A DNA stretch of 64,000 nucleotides from Tepidisphaera sp. Its GTDB lineage: Bacteria > Planctomycetota > Phycisphaerae > Phycisphaerales > UBA1924. The stretch covers positions 1,376,001-1,440,000 of the forward strand of contig CP051526.1 of NCBI GenBank assembly GCA_050916045.1, read 5' to 3'. The position numbers and the translations under genes are program-made. The notes beneath the pieces were generated by a model. That model was not told the origin of the DNA, did not search any database, and saw nothing but the letters and a program-made list of their open reading frames with translations. Each line of letters opens with the position of its first letter. The first letter of the stretch is position 1. This document shows, one piece after another, positions 47,711 to 57,877 of the stretch.

Positions 47711-48417
47711 GCGAATCCGAAGCGGCGTACGACGAGGCGGCCTTTACCGAGAAAGCCGCCCGGAACGCGATCCTGTCCTCATGGCTCCGCGCCGCAGCGG
47801 TGAGTCTTCTCCTGGTACTCTTCCTCTACGGGTGTGCGTCCGTCGCGCGAGGCGATCTCATCGTTCTGTGGGTCGCTCTGGCCGGTCCGTTCTGCGCGGT
47901 CGCCTACGCCCGGATGCTCGATCTTCGCTCGCAGTGGCATCCCACCACACGGTACTGGCTCGTCATCGCTCCGGCTTTCACGCACCCGATCTGGGCAACG
48001 CTGCTGACGATCGCGGTCGAGATCACTGGGCTCGCGGGAGTGTTCGGTGCCTCGAACCCGCTTCAGCTCGGCGCGGCCGTGACCGTGGGCGTGCTGAGCC
48101 TGACGTTCGCGCTGGCGGAGAGGTCGTTCGTGCCGTTCGCGACGCTCGCCGGGGCGGCGGTGCTTTGCATCCTGCCCAGCGCCTTCGGCGCTCGGGTGAC
48201 GTCGTCGCGCGGTGTGATGATGGCGGCGCTGGCGTGCTTGGTGCCGCTCGCGACGCTGGCGTTGATGAACCAGCTCCATATCCGGCGACGCATCCGTCGG
48301 CCGGGGCGGTGCGAGCGGTGCCAGTATCTCGCGGTGGGGCTGTCTCGGTGTCCGGAGTGCGGCGGGAAGATCGCTCCTCTGGACGGGCCGGTCGAGCATG
48401 ACGCCCGTTTCGACTGA
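47707..48417 (+). CDS. Polytopic membrane protein with C-terminal zinc ribbon
   Basis: ~6 TM segments then RRPGRCERCQY.....CPECG; GTGA overlap with the mqnE stop. Confidence 0.7.
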   Translation: MSESEAAYDEAAFTEKAARNAILSSWLRAAAVSLLLVLFLYGCASVARGDLIVLWVALAGPFCAVAYARMLDLRSQWHPTTRYWLVIAPAFTHPIWATLLTIAVEITGLAGVFGASNPLQLGAAVTVGVLSLTFALAERSFVPFATLAGAAVLCILPSAFGARVTSSRGVMMAALACLVPLATLALMNQLHIRRRIRRPGRCERCQYLAVGLSRCPECGGKIAPLDGPVEHDARFD

Positions 48418-48684
48418 TTCCGCGAATCGGCGTTCACGCCGGTCGGGCGTGGACGCCGAGCCGGCTGGCCCGCCGGCGGGGAGGAGAGAGGAGAGAGCGT
48501 GTGGTGGCGAGCAGACCCGTTGTTCCGGTCGCGTCCTTGCGACTGGCCGTGCGGTTCTGCTCTGGAGTGATCGAGGAGTCCGTTCCCGACCAATCCGACA
48601 TCCGTGGCTCGCGAAGCGGGTGAGCGACGCGGGCCCTCTGATCGAACATCCGCCGTCCTGGCGTGCGTTCGAAGTGTGCGTTGT

Positions 48685-49191
48685 TCAGCTTGCGATGGAA
48701 GCGACCTGGGAGTCGTGGACGAGGCGGAGCTTCTGGATGCCTCGGAACTTCCAGTTGTTGACGGTTGAGACCTTGACGTCGAGGGCTTTGGCGGCGGCTT
48801 CGTAGCTGAGGCCTTCGCAGATGATGAGCCTGAGCGCGTCCTGCTCGGCGTCGCTGAGCTGGTTCATGGCGCCGGCGCAGTGCGTGTCGTCGGGGGTTTC
48901 GCGGAACGCGACGGCTTCGGGGCGTTCCGTGCGCTCGTTGGTGAAGCGTTCGAGCTGCACCTTCTGCTTGTGTCGGCGCTTGATGAGGTTGTCGGCGACC
49001 TTGATGAGGTAGCCGCTGTTGACGACCCGGTCCTCAAGGTCGGGGATTCGGAGGAGTCGGGTGAAGACCTCCTGGGCGACGTCCTCAGCGGTGGGGGCGT
49101 CGACGGAACGTCGGGCGAACCAGTAGACCCGGTCGTAGAACTGCTCGAACAGAGACAGGACCAAAGCTCCGCGTGTGCTCGCGATCATCAC
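48685..49191 (-). CDS. ECF-type RNA polymerase sigma factor
   Basis: AEDVAQEVF region 2; L...EQ.AL.L...EGLSY..AA.AL....STV...RG..KLR region 4; GGAGG RBS. Confidence 0.85.
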   Translation of the reverse strand: MMIASTRGALVLSLFEQFYDRVYWFARRSVDAPTAEDVAQEVFTRLLRIPDLEDRVVNSGYLIKVADNLIKRRHKQKVQLERFTNERTERPEAVAFRETPDDTHCAGAMNQLSDAEQDALRLIICEGLSYEAAAKALDVKVSTVNNWKFRGIQKLRLVHDSQVASIAS

Positions 49192-49717
49192 AAGGCCTCC
49201 CTGCTACGCGTTCACGAGTACCACCTCGACGAACGCCACCAGAAACCGTCTTCAGCCCCGGCCACCACGCCGGACCACCCGAATGGGCACGCTTGAAGAC
49301 GCCACCGAAACTTCCAACCCGTCGATCTGGCTCACCGTCGGGGAACCACCCCGTCCCACCAGTGTGGGAATATCTGAGCTTTCTCGACGCCGGGCCTCGC
49401 ACACACAGAGCAACCCAGAATCTTCATCGGGCTCGTGCCCGGAACCAACCTTAAAACCACCCCCCCTTCAAATCGCGGATGAGGACAAATTCATCCGGGG
49501 GTCATCCTACCGATAACAATTCGACCGGAGCCGGGGATTTTCATGGCTTTGGTCACAAGTCGAACAATTCTGCCAAGATGGGTGAAACACCCTGCAAGTC
49601 TGGGGGATTGTCAGAAGACGGCCATGCAGAGAAATGCCACCCATTTGCGCAAAACTTGCGCAATCCTGCCCGGGTGTCGTGCACCGGTCGGTCATCGACG
49701 TTGGTTCAGGGGAAGAC

Positions 49718-50005
49718 ATGAACGCGCATCGCCAGGTTTCCACGGAGAAACTCGCCGGGGGGACGGCTGTCCAGCCATCCTCGCGTGCCGAGTCCATATT
49801 TCGAACGCTGAACCGACGTGCCGCTTCGCTCGCGGTCAGCGACGACGCCAACGTCGCCCAGAGTCTGTCGGCGAGCGCCTCGGCGATGATCGCGGACTCG
49901 CTCTGTCGGTTGACGAGCGTCGAGCCGGAATGCTGTTCCGGTTGTCCGGCCGCGACGCCGGATGGTGCGCCGATGCTCAGGTTGGTCGGCGGTCTGGACG
50001 ACTGA
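49718..50005 (+). CDS. Small hypothetical protein
   Basis: Purine-rich upstream (AGGGGAAG); 95-aa ORF; no motif. Confidence 0.4.
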   Translation: MNAHRQVSTEKLAGGTAVQPSSRAESIFRTLNRRAASLAVSDDANVAQSLSASASAMIADSLCRLTSVEPECCSGCPAATPDGAPMLRLVGGLDD

Positions 50006-50996
50006 TCGTCACCCGGTCCGACTCGACCAGCACTTCGGCTTTGCCCCAGGCGAACCGCCGGATTCCGCCCATCTCATCCCGCACTGCTCTGGCGAGGATC
50101 TCACCCGCCCGCCAGGTCATGCCGTCGGACCCGAGGCCTCCCTCAAGTACCACCCGACGCAACGCGGCATGAACGATGGCACGGTCGGCGACCCGAAGCA
50201 CATCCCGCGAGAGAACGCCGGGTTCCAGCTTGGCGTGCGTCACAAGATTCCTGGCCGCGCGGTCCACCACCCGCTCGACCGAGCGCATCCGCGCGGCGAA
50301 TTCGTCGGCTCGCGGCACCAAGCCCGGGAAAAGCTCTGCGAGGCGGGGCACGATCTCGGCTCGGATCGCGTTGCGTGTGATTCTGGTGTCGGCGTTGGTG
50401 GCATCCACGCGCGGCGAAAGCTCCGCCAAGGCGCAGAGGGACGCGAGCTCCGCGCGGCGGACGCCAAGACAGGGTCGGATGACACGCACGGGCGAGCTTT
50501 CGAGTTTGCGGACGGGAAGGATGCCTCGCAAGCCCGTGGGCCCGGATCCGCGAGCGAGGCGCATGATGAGGGTTTCGAGTTGGTCGTCGGCGTGGTGGCC
50601 GGTCGCGATGAACCGCGTGCGGGCTTGCTCGGCGAGCGAAGCGAGCGCGCGGTATCGGTGCGTGCGGGCGCTTGCTTCGGCGCTGCCCGGGAGCGAACGG
50701 ACCTCGACGGACGCTTGAAGGAAGGGGACGCCGAGACGAGCGGCGAGCGAAGCGACGTAGTCGCGGTCGGCGTGGGTTTCGGTCGCGGGTCGCAGGTCGT
50801 GGATGATGTGGGCCAGGCCGAAGAGACCGCCCGTGGCATGGACGGCCAGAGCCAACGCGACGGAATCCGGACCGCCCGAGCACGCGACGAGGGTGCGGCG
50901 GTCGGCATCCACGGTGCGCGTGCCTCCCGTGAGCGCCCGCCAGCGGCGGAGCACCTTCGCGACGGTGGGATCTCGCTTGGAGAGTGGCAGAGCCAT
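49977..50996 (-). CDS. tilS: tRNA(Ile)-lysidine synthase
   Basis: ACSGGPDS PP-loop, H.LR, TGHHADDQLET, RP.L, D.TN....TRN.IR. Confidence 0.9.
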   Translation of the reverse strand: MALPLSKRDPTVAKVLRRWRALTGGTRTVDADRRTLVACSGGPDSVALALAVHATGGLFGLAHIIHDLRPATETHADRDYVASLAARLGVPFLQASVEVRSLPGSAEASARTHRYRALASLAEQARTRFIATGHHADDQLETLIMRLARGSGPTGLRGILPVRKLESSPVRVIRPCLGVRRAELASLCALAELSPRVDATNADTRITRNAIRAEIVPRLAELFPGLVPRADEFAARMRSVERVVDRAARNLVTHAKLEPGVLSRDVLRVADRAIVHAALRRVVLEGGLGSDGMTWRAGEILARAVRDEMGGIRRFAWGKAEVLVESDRVTISRPDRRPT

Positions 50997-51157
50997 ATGA
51001 CCAAGCGTACCGCGAAAGTGTTCGGTGGTGCGAACGCCGTGGATTCAAGGGACGTACCGTCGTGGGGCGGGACGGGGATGGAAGCCTGGGTGTGGATGGG
51101 GCTCGCGCGGTGAACGCGGAGGATCTTGAGTCGCCGCGTCGCGGCAGAGGGTTCGGC

Positions 51158-51892
51158 ATGATCCGTTGTCGGGAGGTTTGCAAGACGTATGAGATCGGGG
51201 GCAGGAGGGTTGAGGCTCTCCGCGGCTTCTCGATGACGATCGATGCGCCGGGGTTCTACGCCATTATGGGGCAATCGGGGAGCGGCAAGAGCACGCTTTT
51301 GCACCTGCTGGCGGCGCTGGATCAGCCGGACTCGGGCGAGATCTTCGTGGCGGGCAAGCCTGTGCACTCGATGAACGAGACGCAGGCGACGGAGTATCGG
51401 CGGTCGACGGTGGGGATCGTTTTCCAGTCGTTCAACCTGATTCCAACGCTGACGGCGGTTGAGAACGTCGAGCTTCCGGGGCTTCTGGCGGGCGCAAATC
51501 AGGCGGAACTTCGGGCGCGGTCGACGGAGCTTCTGGGCAGGCTTGGGATCGGCGAGCGGGCGGGGCATCGTCCGGACGCGATGAGCGGGGGTGAGCAGCA
51601 GCGGGTGGCGATCGCGCGGTCGCTGCTAATGTCGCCGCCGGTGCTGCTTGCGGATGAGCCGACGGGGAATCTCGATTCGGCGAGCAGCGAGAACTTGTGG
51701 GGGCTGCTTGAGTCGGTGGCGCGGGATTACAAGGTGACGATTGTGATGGTGACGCACGAGCCGGCGGCGGCGGCGCACTGTTCGAGCGTGATGGTGCTGC
51801 GAGACGGGCGCCTGCACGGGACATTCAACACGGAGGGTCGTGATGCGGCCGGGATTGCGGCTCGCTACCAGCAATGTCTTCGTCAGGAGTAG
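51158..51892 (+). CDS. ABC ATPase (LolD/MacB type)
   Basis: GQSGSGKST, VFQSFNL, MSGGEQQR, LADEPTGNLD. Confidence 0.92.
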   Translation: MIRCREVCKTYEIGGRRVEALRGFSMTIDAPGFYAIMGQSGSGKSTLLHLLAALDQPDSGEIFVAGKPVHSMNETQATEYRRSTVGIVFQSFNLIPTLTAVENVELPGLLAGANQAELRARSTELLGRLGIGERAGHRPDAMSGGEQQRVAIARSLLMSPPVLLADEPTGNLDSASSENLWGLLESVARDYKVTIVMVTHEPAAAAHCSSVMVLRDGRLHGTFNTEGRDAAGIAARYQQCLRQE

Positions 51893-54707
51893 CCGGACGC
51901 TGCTTTTGATCGCGGTCGTCGCGTTGTCCGCCGCGCTCATTGCGGCGGTGACGGCGGCGATGTCGTCGGTGCAGGGATCGCTGTCGAAGCGTCTCACGAT
52001 GGTGGTGGGTACGGCGGACGCGCGTGTTCATCCGAGCCAGGCGGGCAAGCCGTTTGACGCGGGGATCCTCGATGTCGTGCGGACGTGGCCGGAGGTGGAA
52101 TCGGCGCTGCCGCGGCTTGAGAGCAACCTGACGCTTCGCGGCGTGCGGCCGGTGTGGAAGAAGGAGGGGGACTTCGCTCGCGAGGTGCGGGCGTTCTCGG
52201 TGAACACGCTCATCATCAGCCTGGGGAGCGAGCTTGATCAGAAGATCCGACCGATCGATCTGGCGGAGGGTCGGCTGCCGCAGAAGGATGGGGAGATTGC
52301 GCTGAGCCAGGTGCTTCTGGAGCGGCTTCGCGGGCGGGAGGGGAAGGATGCGCGTCGTTCGTCGCGGCTGTCGCAGTTGACGTCGCGACTCGCGGACACG
52401 ATCGCGGCGGGGGACATGCCCAAGGGGCTGGATCTTGGGCCTGAGAAAGCGGCGAGTCTTGAGGAAGCGGTCGCGCTGAACGCGAAAGCGGATATCGGGA
52501 TCGGCGGACGGATTCAGATCGTGCGGTTCTTCGGCGGGCCGATGGAGTTCACGATCGTCGGGGTGACCAAGAGCGAGCTCTTGGGTGGGCGTCCGCAAGC
52601 GTGGGTGACGCGGCCGAGCCTGGAGAAAGCGACGGGGCAGGCGGGGAAGCTGACGAACATCGACATCGTCTTCCGCAAGGGCGTGGATGCGAACACGGCG
52701 GTGGGGAAGTACAAGCCGGTCGTGCTGGAGCGCGGGGGCAAGGAAGGGCTGAATCTCGAGACGACCGAGAAGGTGAGCACGGGGTTCAAGAAGAATCTGC
52801 AGAACAACGACATCCCGCTGATGGTGGCGAGCGTGATGGCGTTTCTGTCGGCGGCGTTCATCATCACGACGGGGATGACGGTGAACATCGCGGAGCGGCG
52901 GCGCGAGCTAGCGGTGCTTCGGTGCATCGGCGCGACGCGGTGGCAGGTGGCGGAGGCGCAGCTTTGGTCGGGGCTCGGGATTGGCGTGATCGGTGCGGCG
53001 ATCGGGGTGCCGCTTGGGCTTGGGGTGGCGCTGGCGATTTTGGAGTATTTCAGGACGGACCTGAAGATCGAGCTTTTTGTGCCGACGTGGCGGCTGCTTT
53101 ACGCGGGGCTTGGGGCGGTTGTGGCGGCGCTGCTTGGGGCGGTGTGGCCTGCGTGGAAAGCGGCTCGGCTGAGCCCGCTGAAGGCTTTGACGTCGCGGGC
53201 GGAGGTGCCCAAGCGGCGTGGGATCCTGCTGACGCTGGTGGTGGCGGTGGCGCTGATTGCGGTGCATCCGCAGCCGCTTTTGTACGGGATTGAGTTCGAC
53301 ATCGCGGTGCCGCTTTATCTTGGGATTGGGCTGCCGGCGATGCTGATCGGGTATTTCCTGCTGGGGGTTCCGCTTTTGGCGGGGCTGACGCGGGTGTTCG
53401 GGGTGTTGGTGGCGCGGGTGATGGGGGTTCAGCCGGTGCTTTTGGTGCGGTCGCTGGTGGCGACGCCGTACCGTTACGGGCTGACGGCGGGTGCGCTGAT
53501 GACGGGCCTGGCGCTGATGGTGGCGACATGGACGCAGGGGCGGGCGGTCGCGGAAGACTGGCTGGACCGGATTCGATTCCCGGATGTGTTCGTCCTGGGC
53601 ACGAATCTCAAGCTGGAGCATCAGCAGAAGCTTTCGGAGCTTGATTTCGTGACCAAGACGGTCGCGATCTCGCTGATGACGGTCGAGAGCAAGGAGAAGA
53701 CTCAGACGTTGATCGCGACGGACGGGGTGACGTACATCGGGTTCCAGCCGCGGCCGTTCTTTGAGCTTGCGCGGTTGACGTGGGTGCAGGGGGACGTCGA
53801 GACGGCGGTTGCGCGGATGGAGCAAGGTGGCGCGGTGATCGTGGCTCGCGAGTTCTTCAACGCCCGCGGGAAGGGAGTGGGGGAGAAGGTGACGCTGGGG
53901 ACGGACGGGCGCTGGATCGAGTTTGAGATCGTGGGCGTGGTGTCGAGCCCTGGGCTTGATCTGGTGAACCAGTACTTTGAGATCGGCGGGGCGTTTGCGC
54001 AGACGGCGGTGCACTCGGTCTTCGGGACGCGGGAGGACTTGTCGCGGATCCTGGGCGGGACGGAGCCGACGATCCAGATGATCCAGGTGGGTCTGAAGGA
54101 TGATCCGTCGCTGGATGAGGTTTCGGGGGATCCGAAGACGGACGCTTCGGCAAGCGACTCGATGGTCGCGTCCGCGATGGGGCAGTCATCGGACACGGTG
54201 GCGGAGACGAAGATCCGCGAAGCCCTCGAAGGGACGAACATCCTGGACGTGGGGAACGGGCGGAAGCTCAAGAACGGGATTCGGGCGGTGCTGGAGCGGT
54301 CGATGATGATCATTTCGGTGATCGCGGTGACGTCGATGCTTGTGGCGTGCATGGGCGTGGCGAACATGATCGTGGCGGCGATTGACGCGAGGCAGTTTGA
54401 GTTCGGCGTGCTGCGGGCGGTGGGGGCCCGGCGCGGGATGGTGCTGCGGCTGGTGCTTGCGGAAGCGGTGATGGTGTCGTTGGCGGCGATGGTTCTGGGG
54501 ACGTGCATGGGGTTGCAGGCGGTGTGGGCGGGACAGATCGTGGATGAGATGCTGCTTGGGATTGAGCTTGATGTGAGGCCGCCGTGGGGCCCGATCGCGG
54601 CGGGGTGCGGGATCGTGCTGGTGATGGCGATGGGGGCGGCGGCGCCGGCGGTGATCGCGCTGTCGCGACGGAAGCCGAGAGAGCTTCTGGCGGCGGTGAG
54701 GGGTTAG
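51840..54707 (+). CDS. Large FtsX-like ABC permease (two FtsX modules)
   Basis: ERRRELAVLRCIGA and RQFEFGVLRAVGA modules separated by periplasmic domains. Confidence 0.88.
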   Translation: MMRPGLRLATSNVFVRSSRTLLLIAVVALSAALIAAVTAAMSSVQGSLSKRLTMVVGTADARVHPSQAGKPFDAGILDVVRTWPEVESALPRLESNLTLRGVRPVWKKEGDFAREVRAFSVNTLIISLGSELDQKIRPIDLAEGRLPQKDGEIALSQVLLERLRGREGKDARRSSRLSQLTSRLADTIAAGDMPKGLDLGPEKAASLEEAVALNAKADIGIGGRIQIVRFFGGPMEFTIVGVTKSELLGGRPQAWVTRPSLEKATGQAGKLTNIDIVFRKGVDANTAVGKYKPVVLERGGKEGLNLETTEKVSTGFKKNLQNNDIPLMVASVMAFLSAAFIITTGMTVNIAERRRELAVLRCIGATRWQVAEAQLWSGLGIGVIGAAIGVPLGLGVALAILEYFRTDLKIELFVPTWRLLYAGLGAVVAALLGAVWPAWKAARLSPLKALTSRAEVPKRRGILLTLVVAVALIAVHPQPLLYGIEFDIAVPLYLGIGLPAMLIGYFLLGVPLLAGLTRVFGVLVARVMGVQPVLLVRSLVATPYRYGLTAGALMTGLALMVATWTQGRAVAEDWLDRIRFPDVFVLGTNLKLEHQQKLSELDFVTKTVAISLMTVESKEKTQTLIATDGVTYIGFQPRPFFELARLTWVQGDVETAVARMEQGGAVIVAREFFNARGKGVGEKVTLGTDGRWIEFEIVGVVSSPGLDLVNQYFEIGGAFAQTAVHSVFGTREDLSRILGGTEPTIQMIQVGLKDDPSLDEVSGDPKTDASASDSMVASAMGQSSDTVAETKIREALEGTNILDVGNGRKLKNGIRAVLERSMMIISVIAVTSMLVACMGVANMIVAAIDARQFEFGVLRAVGARRGMVLRLVLAEAVMVSLAAMVLGTCMGLQAVWAGQIVDEMLLGIELDVRPPWGPIAAGCGIVLVMAMGAAAPAVIALSRRKPRELLAAVRG

Positions 54708-54784
54708 GCCCGTAAAATCTTGCGGGAGCGATCCTGTATAATCCTTTGGCGGGACGCGGCTGGCGGCCCGCCGGAGGAAGCGCA

Positions 54785-55078
54785 ATGGACACCCGAAGCG
54801 AAACCTTGATGATGTACGACGCTCAGAAGAAGTCGCTCGTCGTCGCGTATCTGCTCTGGTGGTTTCTCGGGTTCTTCGGCGTGCACCGGTTTTATCTTGG
54901 CGCGGTGGTGAGCGGGGGGATCATGCTCGGGCTGGCTCTGGCGTCGATGTGCCTGACGCTTATGGTCGTGGGGTGGATCGGGATCGCGGGGGTCGGGCTT
55001 TGGTGGCTGATCGATGCGCTGCTGATCCCCGGGATCGCGAAGGAGTTCAACCTCAAGCTCATCGATTCGTTGAAGTAG
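54785..55078 (+). CDS. TM2-domain membrane protein
   Basis: KKS..VAYLLW.FLG.FGVHRFYLG...WW.ID..LIP. Confidence 0.88.
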   Translation: MDTRSETLMMYDAQKKSLVVAYLLWWFLGFFGVHRFYLGAVVSGGIMLGLALASMCLTLMVVGWIGIAGVGLWWLIDALLIPGIAKEFNLKLIDSLK

Positions 55079-55090
55079 CGGCGGGCTGGA

Positions 55091-55729
55091 TTAGCGGCCC
55101 GGCTTGGGCCCGTCGAGCGTCTCGACCCTGAGCACGATGGTCGGTTCGACGGGGATGTGCTTCATCTCGCGGGCGGGGAGTTCGTAGAGCTTGCCGGAGG
55201 CGATCTTGTCGACGACGTCCATGCCGGCGATGACGCGGCCGAAGACGGCGTATCCGGCTTTGCCGCTGAACTCGCGGGGCGTGTCGAGCTTGGTGTTGTC
55301 AATGAGGTTGATGTAGAACTCGCGGGTGGCGGTGTCGGGGTCGGTGTCGCGGGCCCAGGCGATCGTGCCGCGGGAGTTCTTGAGGCCGTTCTGCCACTCA
55401 TTCTTGATCGTGGGGGAGCCCTTGAGCTCGACGAGTGCGGTCGTATAGCCGCCGCCCTGGATCACAAAGCTGGGCACCGTGCGGTGAAAGATCGTGCCGT
55501 TGTACTCGCCGCGGGTGGCGTAGCCCAGAAAGTTCGCGACGCCGATGGGGGCCCGCGTGGCGTCGAGCTCAAGGTCGATGTTGCCGGCGGTTGTCACGAG
55601 CCGGACGAAGCGGAGGTCTTCGCGGGCGGGCGACTTCGCTGCGTCGCGGGTGGCGGATGTCGAGCAGCCGACGAGGCCGACGAGCGGGAGGGCGAGCGCG
55701 AGCATGAGCGAGACGAGGATGGTTCGCAT
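55091..55729 (-). CDS. Cyclophilin-type peptidyl-prolyl isomerase (lipoprotein)
   Basis: LVGC lipobox; YNGTIFHR....FVIQGGG, N.RGTIAWAR, GYAVFG.V..GM.VVD. Confidence 0.9.
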   Translation of the reverse strand: MRTILVSLMLALALPLVGLVGCSTSATRDAAKSPAREDLRFVRLVTTAGNIDLELDATRAPIGVANFLGYATRGEYNGTIFHRTVPSFVIQGGGYTTALVELKGSPTIKNEWQNGLKNSRGTIAWARDTDPDTATREFYINLIDNTKLDTPREFSGKAGYAVFGRVIAGMDVVDKIASGKLYELPAREMKHIPVEPTIVLRVETLDGPKPGR

Positions 55730-55800
55730 GGCGGCATTCTACCGGACTCGGCGGAACGTGCGACCGCAGCGGCGGTTCAGGGATGTGATACGCTCTTGCC

Positions 55801-56631
55801 ATGAATGAACCGTGGATGACGATGGTGTATTCCGCTCTGGTGTCGCTGGCGTGGACGCTTTGGGCGGCGGTGGTGATGACGAACATCGGGAAGGTGTCGG
55901 CGGGAGCGGCGGCGGCCTTTCGTCGGGCGCCGATGCTTGATCTGCTGGTGGCGGGGACGACGTGGATCCCGTGGGTGGTGCTCGGCATGGTGGCTTCGCA
56001 GCGGGCGGATGTGCCGTGGTGGGCGGGGTCGGTGGGGGCGCTGGCGGGGCAGATCGTGGGGCTTCAGCTTTGGTGCTGGGGGCATGAGTTCGCGAACCGG
56101 GAGAAGGTGAAGGGGCCGCGGATCGTGCGGTATCTGAACCGGCGGGTGGGGCGGTTCCGGAATCATGCGGCGCTGTGGATTACGGCGCTGGCGTACCCGA
56201 TTTTCTGGGGCATCCGGTTCGGCGAGGTGTTCATCTATCCGTGGCTGGTGTGGACGGTACGGTTGCCGCGGTACAAGCAGGCCGAGTGGATCAACGTGAG
56301 CCGGACGAAGTTCGACGGGCTTGTCGGGCACGACCTCATCTGGTGCTTGTACTGCGACTGGATGACGGGCGTGTACTCGCTCGGCGCGGAGATGCTCCGG
56401 AACGTCGAGAGCTTCTGGTGTCCGATCCGGTTCTACGACGGGAAAAAGTGCGCGAACTGCAAGGTGGACTTCCCGGACATCGACGGCGGCTGGGTCGCGC
56501 CGAACGGCACGATGGGGGACGTCGTCGAGACGATGGCCAAGCACTACGACGGCGGGGACCACTCGTGGTTCGGGCATCCGGGGCGCGTCGGGCTCACCGT
56601 GGAGGGGAAGAGTCCGTCTTCGAAGGCTTGA
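55801..56631 (+). CDS. Hypothetical membrane protein with Cys cluster
   Basis: TM segments then WCLYCDW, ESFWCPI, KCANC. Confidence 0.7.
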   Translation: MNEPWMTMVYSALVSLAWTLWAAVVMTNIGKVSAGAAAAFRRAPMLDLLVAGTTWIPWVVLGMVASQRADVPWWAGSVGALAGQIVGLQLWCWGHEFANREKVKGPRIVRYLNRRVGRFRNHAALWITALAYPIFWGIRFGEVFIYPWLVWTVRLPRYKQAEWINVSRTKFDGLVGHDLIWCLYCDWMTGVYSLGAEMLRNVESFWCPIRFYDGKKCANCKVDFPDIDGGWVAPNGTMGDVVETMAKHYDGGDHSWFGHPGRVGLTVEGKSPSSKA

Positions 56632-57841
56632 CGAGGAACTCCTGGATGAGGGCTCCGCACGCGGCGTCGTTGCCCTTGGCGGCCTGACCGTCGCCGAGGT
56701 TGCACGCGACGACGATGGCGAAGCGGCGTTCGGGAGCGATCCACGTGACGCAGTGCCACATCGTGTTGCTGCCGCTGTGCGTGAGCACGAGGCCGGTATC
56801 GGCGGGACCCGTGCCCTTGGCCCAGGGGCGGGTTGCGACCAGCCATCCGGCGGCGTAGCGGTCAGAGTCCTTGTCGGATGCGGCGGGGTAGGGCTCGTGG
56901 AGTTTGGCCCACGCGGTGGCAGGCAGCAAGCGTGGAGCGGGGGAGTCGCTTGGGTTCTTGATGGCGGCTTGCGCGTCGGCGTGGAGCGCGGCGAAGCGAG
57001 CCCAGTCGGTGATGGTCATGTGGACGGTGCCGGCGGGGGCGATGGCGGGGGGGTTGTCCGCGCCGGGGCCGGGGGGAAATGCTTTGCCGTTTCGGTGGCC
57101 GCGCGGCTGCGAGACGGTCTTGGCGTCGCCCGGGGCGCCGAAGCCGGCGGAGGTGATGCTCACGGGCTGGAAGAGGCGGGTTTGGATGAGATCTTCCCAG
57201 CTCTTGCCGGATTTCTTCTCGAGCATCGCGCCGGCGATCGCGAAGCCGGCGTTGGAGTAGATGAACTTGGAGCCGGGCGCGGCTTGAGGTTCGTTGGCGA
57301 CGACGCCGGCGAGGAGCGCGAGCCTCGCGTCGGTCGGGGTGCCCTTGAAGGACCAGAGCTTCGCCCAGAGGCCGCCTTCGTCGAGGCTGGTGGGGGCCCC
57401 GCTTCGGTTGGTGAGCAGCTGGCGGAGCGTGACCGTCTTCCACGCATCCTTCATCGCAATGTCGGGGAAGACATCGGCGAGCGTCGTCTCCCAGGCGATC
57501 TCTTTCTTCTCGATCATGACGGCCGCGAGCGTGCCGGTCATGGCTTTCGTGCATGAGCCCAGGTGCCAGAGGTCGGCGGTGGTGACGGCTTCGGGCTTGT
57601 TCAGTTCGCGGATGCCGGAAGCGCCGACGGCGATGATCTGACCGTCGCGGACGACGGCGGCGGCCATGCCGGGGATCGCGTGCTTGGCGATGAGGGGAGC
57701 GATCAGGTCGGAGATGTCACGCGGCGTGCTGGTCGCGGGAGGGGCCGCGGGTGCGGCGGCGGGCGCGTCAGGCTGAGGCTTGGCATCGAGGGATGCGGGC
57801 TGGGCGAGCAGAAGTGAAGCCAGCAGGATCGGAGCGAGCAT
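56594..57841 (-). CDS. Serine hydrolase, beta-lactamase class C-like
   Basis: Signal peptide; SCTK (SxxK), YSN, PAG, HSGSN. Confidence 0.9.
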   Translation of the reverse strand: MLAPILLASLLLAQPASLDAKPQPDAPAAAPAAPPATSTPRDISDLIAPLIAKHAIPGMAAAVVRDGQIIAVGASGIRELNKPEAVTTADLWHLGSCTKAMTGTLAAVMIEKKEIAWETTLADVFPDIAMKDAWKTVTLRQLLTNRSGAPTSLDEGGLWAKLWSFKGTPTDARLALLAGVVANEPQAAPGSKFIYSNAGFAIAGAMLEKKSGKSWEDLIQTRLFQPVSITSAGFGAPGDAKTVSQPRGHRNGKAFPPGPGADNPPAIAPAGTVHMTITDWARFAALHADAQAAIKNPSDSPAPRLLPATAWAKLHEPYPAASDKDSDRYAAGWLVATRPWAKGTGPADTGLVLTHSGSNTMWHCVTWIAPERRFAIVVACNLGDGQAAKGNDAACGALIQEFLVKPSKTDSSPPR

Positions 57842-57877
57842 GCCATTCCTCTCTGGGTTTCGCGGGACGGGAAATCG

